Positions 62,053-64,000 of a stretch of DNA of 64,000 nucleotides are shown one piece after another. This stretch comes from a virus (Duplodnaviria; Caudoviricetes). Below the pieces are notes generated by a model. That model ran no database searches and was not told where the DNA came from. It worked only from the letters and a program-made list of their open reading frames with translations. The number at the start of each line of letters is the position of its first letter. The stretch's first letter is position 1. The stretch covers positions 192,001-256,000 of the IMG/VR virus record IMGVR_UViG_3300027804_000001, one strand, 5' to 3'. Both the position numbers and the translations under genes were made by a program.

Positions 62053-62302
62053 CTATTTGTGTTTGACGTTGAACATCTAAAATTTTACGGTCAGTCGCCT
62101 GTATCATCCTTTTTTCGGATTTTAACCCCTCCACTTGTAAAATAATGGTTAATTCCCTTTTATTATATGTGGAATCTTTAATTTGTTTTATTTCGTTTTT
62201 AATTTTGGTTATTTCTCTACTATCTGAACATCCTTTAAAAAATGTTAATAGTACCACAACCAATACAATAATTGTAAAATTATTTTCAATAAACTTTTTC
62301 AT
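62009..62302 (-). CDS. Membrane-anchored, possibly lipoprotein, coiled-coil protein (spanin-like topology)
   Basis: N-terminal KK, hydrophobic stretch and FKGC (possible lipobox), followed by a coiled coil. Confidence 0.55.
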   Translation of the reverse strand: MKKFIENNFTIIVLVVVLLTFFKGCSDSREITKIKNEIKQIKDSTYNKRELTIILQVEGLKSEKRMIQATDRKILDVQRQTQIDEEISKLQKEVTKW

Positions 62303-62317
62303 ACGATATTTTTACTT

Positions 62318-63127
62318 TTATAAATAGTTTAATAGCTCAAAACTTTCGTTTCTTAGCTTCTTTATTGCTTTATCTTTCAATTGTCTAATCCTTTCTTTAG
62401 TACAACCAAACTCTTCTCCAAGGTCTTCCAAGTTAGATTCTACACCTGTTAATCCAAAATATTTTGTTACAATAATACGTTCTCTTTCATCTAAAATACC
62501 TAACATTAATTGTACTTTCTTTTTGATTTCTTCATTTGAATTCAAAATTTGTTCGGGTGATTCTGCGTTATTATTAGGTATCACATCTAAAAGAGTGTCA
62601 CCATCTTCATTTATTTGACTGAACAAACCAACACAATATGGTAAGTTATTACTAAACGGGACTTCATCGGTACTTGAAAACTTATCTTCTTCAGGTACCT
62701 CATCTTTTCTTTTATTCTTTTGTGCCTCTTGTACTAAATTTGAGGGGATTCTAATTGTTCGTGCGTTTTCATTTAGTGATGCCATTATGGATTGTCTTAC
62801 CCACCAAACTGCATACGAAATAAATTTAAGTCCACTGGTAGGATCAAATTTTTCTGATGCTTTCATTAATCCAATGTTACCTTCAGATATTAAATCCATG
62901 ATATCTAATCCCTGATTTTGATACATCTTAGCAACAGATATAACGAATCTCAAATTTCCAACAACTAATTCATTGTAAAGAGATGTCCTTTCATTCTTAG
63001 ATAAATTCTTATTTCGTAATTCTTCAAAAATAACTTCTTGTCTTTCGTGTGTAATGACAGGAATTTTACGAATGTCTTTGATGTACTGTTGGATTTCTTC
63101 GGTGGAGATAATAACAGACTTTTTCAT
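62318..63127 (-). CDS. Sigma70-family RNA polymerase sigma factor (RpoD/RpoS-like, Bacteroidota type)
   Basis: NLRFVISVAK.YQNQGL..DLISEGNIGL..A.EKFDP..KFISYAVWWVRQSI (region 2) and LEDLGEEFGCTKERIRQ (region 4). Confidence 0.93.
   Translation of the reverse strand: MKKSVIISTEEIQQYIKDIRKIPVITHERQEVIFEELRNKNLSKNERTSLYNELVVGNLRFVISVAKMYQNQGLDIMDLISEGNIGLMKASEKFDPTSGLKFISYAVWWVRQSIMASLNENARTIRIPSNLVQEAQKNKRKDEVPEEDKFSSTDEVPFSNNLPYCVGLFSQINEDGDTLLDVIPNNNAESPEQILNSNEEIKKKVQLMLGILDERERIIVTKYFGLTGVESNLEDLGEEFGCTKERIRQLKDKAIKKLRNESFELLNYL
62319..62326 (-). promoter_or_regulatory. TATTTATA motif overlapping the sigma-gene stop
   Basis: 17 nt upstream of the 62302 start. Confidence 0.45.
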
Positions 63128-63177
63128 AATGGGATTAGTTTAGTTTTGTTTATAGAATTAAAAATAACTAAAAAAAA

Positions 63178-63627
63178 TCACTTATCAAAATTATCCAAGA
63201 ATTTTTTTTCGTCATCCGTTAAACTATCTAATCCGGCCTTTTCAATCTTTTCTAAAACCTCATCTAAATCAAAATTCTTTTTACTAGGTTTTATATATTC
63301 AACCCTAATATTCATTGAGTTTTCTTGTGGTTTGAAAATGAAATCTTTAAGTTTCTGTGGTAAATGTGCTGTAACTATTGTATCTGTTGGGAATAATAAA
63401 TAAAACTTTATAGTGTCATTTGTCATAATTGATAATAACTCTGTGGACAAATTGACTGGTGGATAATCAGAATCAAATATAACAATTATATTGTTATTAC
63501 TTTCTATGACGTATCGTAAAGTTTTAATTGCGGGTGAATCCAATAGAATATCCATACAAAAAAACTCTACTTCTTCATGGTCTTCAAATGTACCATAAAT
63601 AAAAAGAGTATATGATTTTAAATCCAT
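63178..63627 (-). CDS. Hypothetical protein with a C-terminal DUF6576-like motif
   Basis: FDLDEVLEKIEKAGLDSLTDDEKKFL. Start moved to the Met at 63627, which abuts the upstream stop (the track gives 63678). Confidence 0.6.
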   Translation of the reverse strand: MDLKSYTLFIYGTFEDHEEVEFFCMDILLDSPAIKTLRYVIESNNNIIVIFDSDYPPVNLSTELLSIMTNDTIKFYLLFPTDTIVTAHLPQKLKDFIFKPQENSMNIRVEYIKPSKKNFDLDEVLEKIEKAGLDSLTDDEKKFLDNFDK

Positions 63628-63628
63628 A

Positions 63629-64000
63629 TTAGTAACGATTACCCTTAGATCGAATTTTCCAATAGACTCCACCACCAACGTATGGTGAAAGTTTACCTAT
63701 TGTATTATCAAAAACTCTATTATTTAACCCTACATCAACTCTAAAAATTTTATCCGACTTAGTTTTCATCATTGCACCAACACCTAAAGAATTAACAAAA
63801 TCTTGTTGATTCATACTAAAATTGAATCCGTAATAAAATTTATTTTTTGGTTCTTCGGGTATTCTTAATGTGTCAAGAACTATTTGTTTTTTAATTTTTG
63901 AATTAGAAATATTTCTTTCAATTACTTTATTCTCACTAACAACTTCATCCAATACTAATGTTCCCACATTGTTGGGTAAAGTCAACGTTTCTGAAATTTT
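63629..64000 (-). CDS. 5'-truncated hypothetical protein with C-terminal amphipathic beta-strands
   Basis: The frame stays open to the window edge. C-terminus YYGFNF...GVG...YVGGGVYWKI. Confidence 0.6.
   Translation of the reverse strand, partial: KISETLTLPNNVGTLVLDEVVSENKVIERNISNSKIKKQIVLDTLRIPEEPKNKFYYGFNFSMNQQDFVNSLGVGAMMKTKSDKIFRVDVGLNNRVFDNTIGKLSPYVGGGVYWKIRSKGNRY

Noticed and set aside
515-63403. Short plus-strand and nested ORFs in the track (e.g. 515..706, 9127..9357, 36278..36646, 51555..52016, 57316..57699, 60660..60854, 63038..63403)
   Set aside because: They lie opposite or inside well-supported genes and show no recognisable motifs.
1-64000. Stop-codon reassignment, as seen in some large Bacteroidota phages
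   Set aside because: ORFs tile nearly gap-free under code 11, with both TAA and TGA used as stops. TAG is rare as a stop, but no gene appears broken by an in-frame TAG.
1-64000. Bacterial chromosomal capsule/LPS locus
   Set aside because: No flippase, polymerase, exporter or housekeeping operons are present. The fibre, S74 and head-like genes and the extreme gene overlap point to a phage.

Overview
This is a gene-dense, AT-rich segment that reads as part of a large (probably jumbo) tailed-phage genome. It carries tail-fibre genes, a Peptidase-S74-type autocleaving chaperone, an amidase-fold protein, an orphan adenine methylase, and phage copies of sigma70, NusG and an Hc1-like protein. The host is probably Bacteroidota: the RpoD-like sigma, Hc1-like and DUF6576-like motifs look Bacteroidota-like and leaders are A-rich without obvious Shine-Dalgarno sequences. 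Almost all genes lie on the minus strand. There are three blocks. (1) 51-35.5 kb is a nearly gap-free glycan biosynthesis, tailoring and transfer cluster: APS kinase plus an HxGH nucleotidyltransferase, a carbamoyltransferase, a split TPP E1alpha/beta pair, RmlC, a PhyH dioxygenase, Gmd, Fcl-like reductases, a ColD-like 3-dehydratase, Ugd, an amidinotransferase, a short DegT aminotransferase, two radical SAM enzymes, a methyltransferase, three SGNH-like proteins and about 12 glycosyltransferase-like proteins, including two GT7 enzymes split by a LamG insert. (2) 35.5-50.8 kb holds virion and fibre genes: three LamG lectins, three proteins with very long proline-free Gly-(Ser/Thr)-Ser triplet repeats, and other fibre-like proteins. 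(3) 50.8-64 kb holds redox, regulatory, head-like and lysis-like genes. The best candidate for an undescribed system is a phage-encoded machinery that makes unusual (3,6-dideoxy, branched, amidino, carbamoyl or sulfo) sugars and attaches them to Ser/Thr-rich collagen-like virion fibres. There is also a clear candidate -1 frameshift at an A10 run near 60.8 kb, an internal promoter motif inside an 833-aa multi-module protein, and four small ORFs missing from the supplied track. All family assignments come from motif recognition by eye; no database search was run. I found no tRNA, rRNA, CRISPR array or mobile element.
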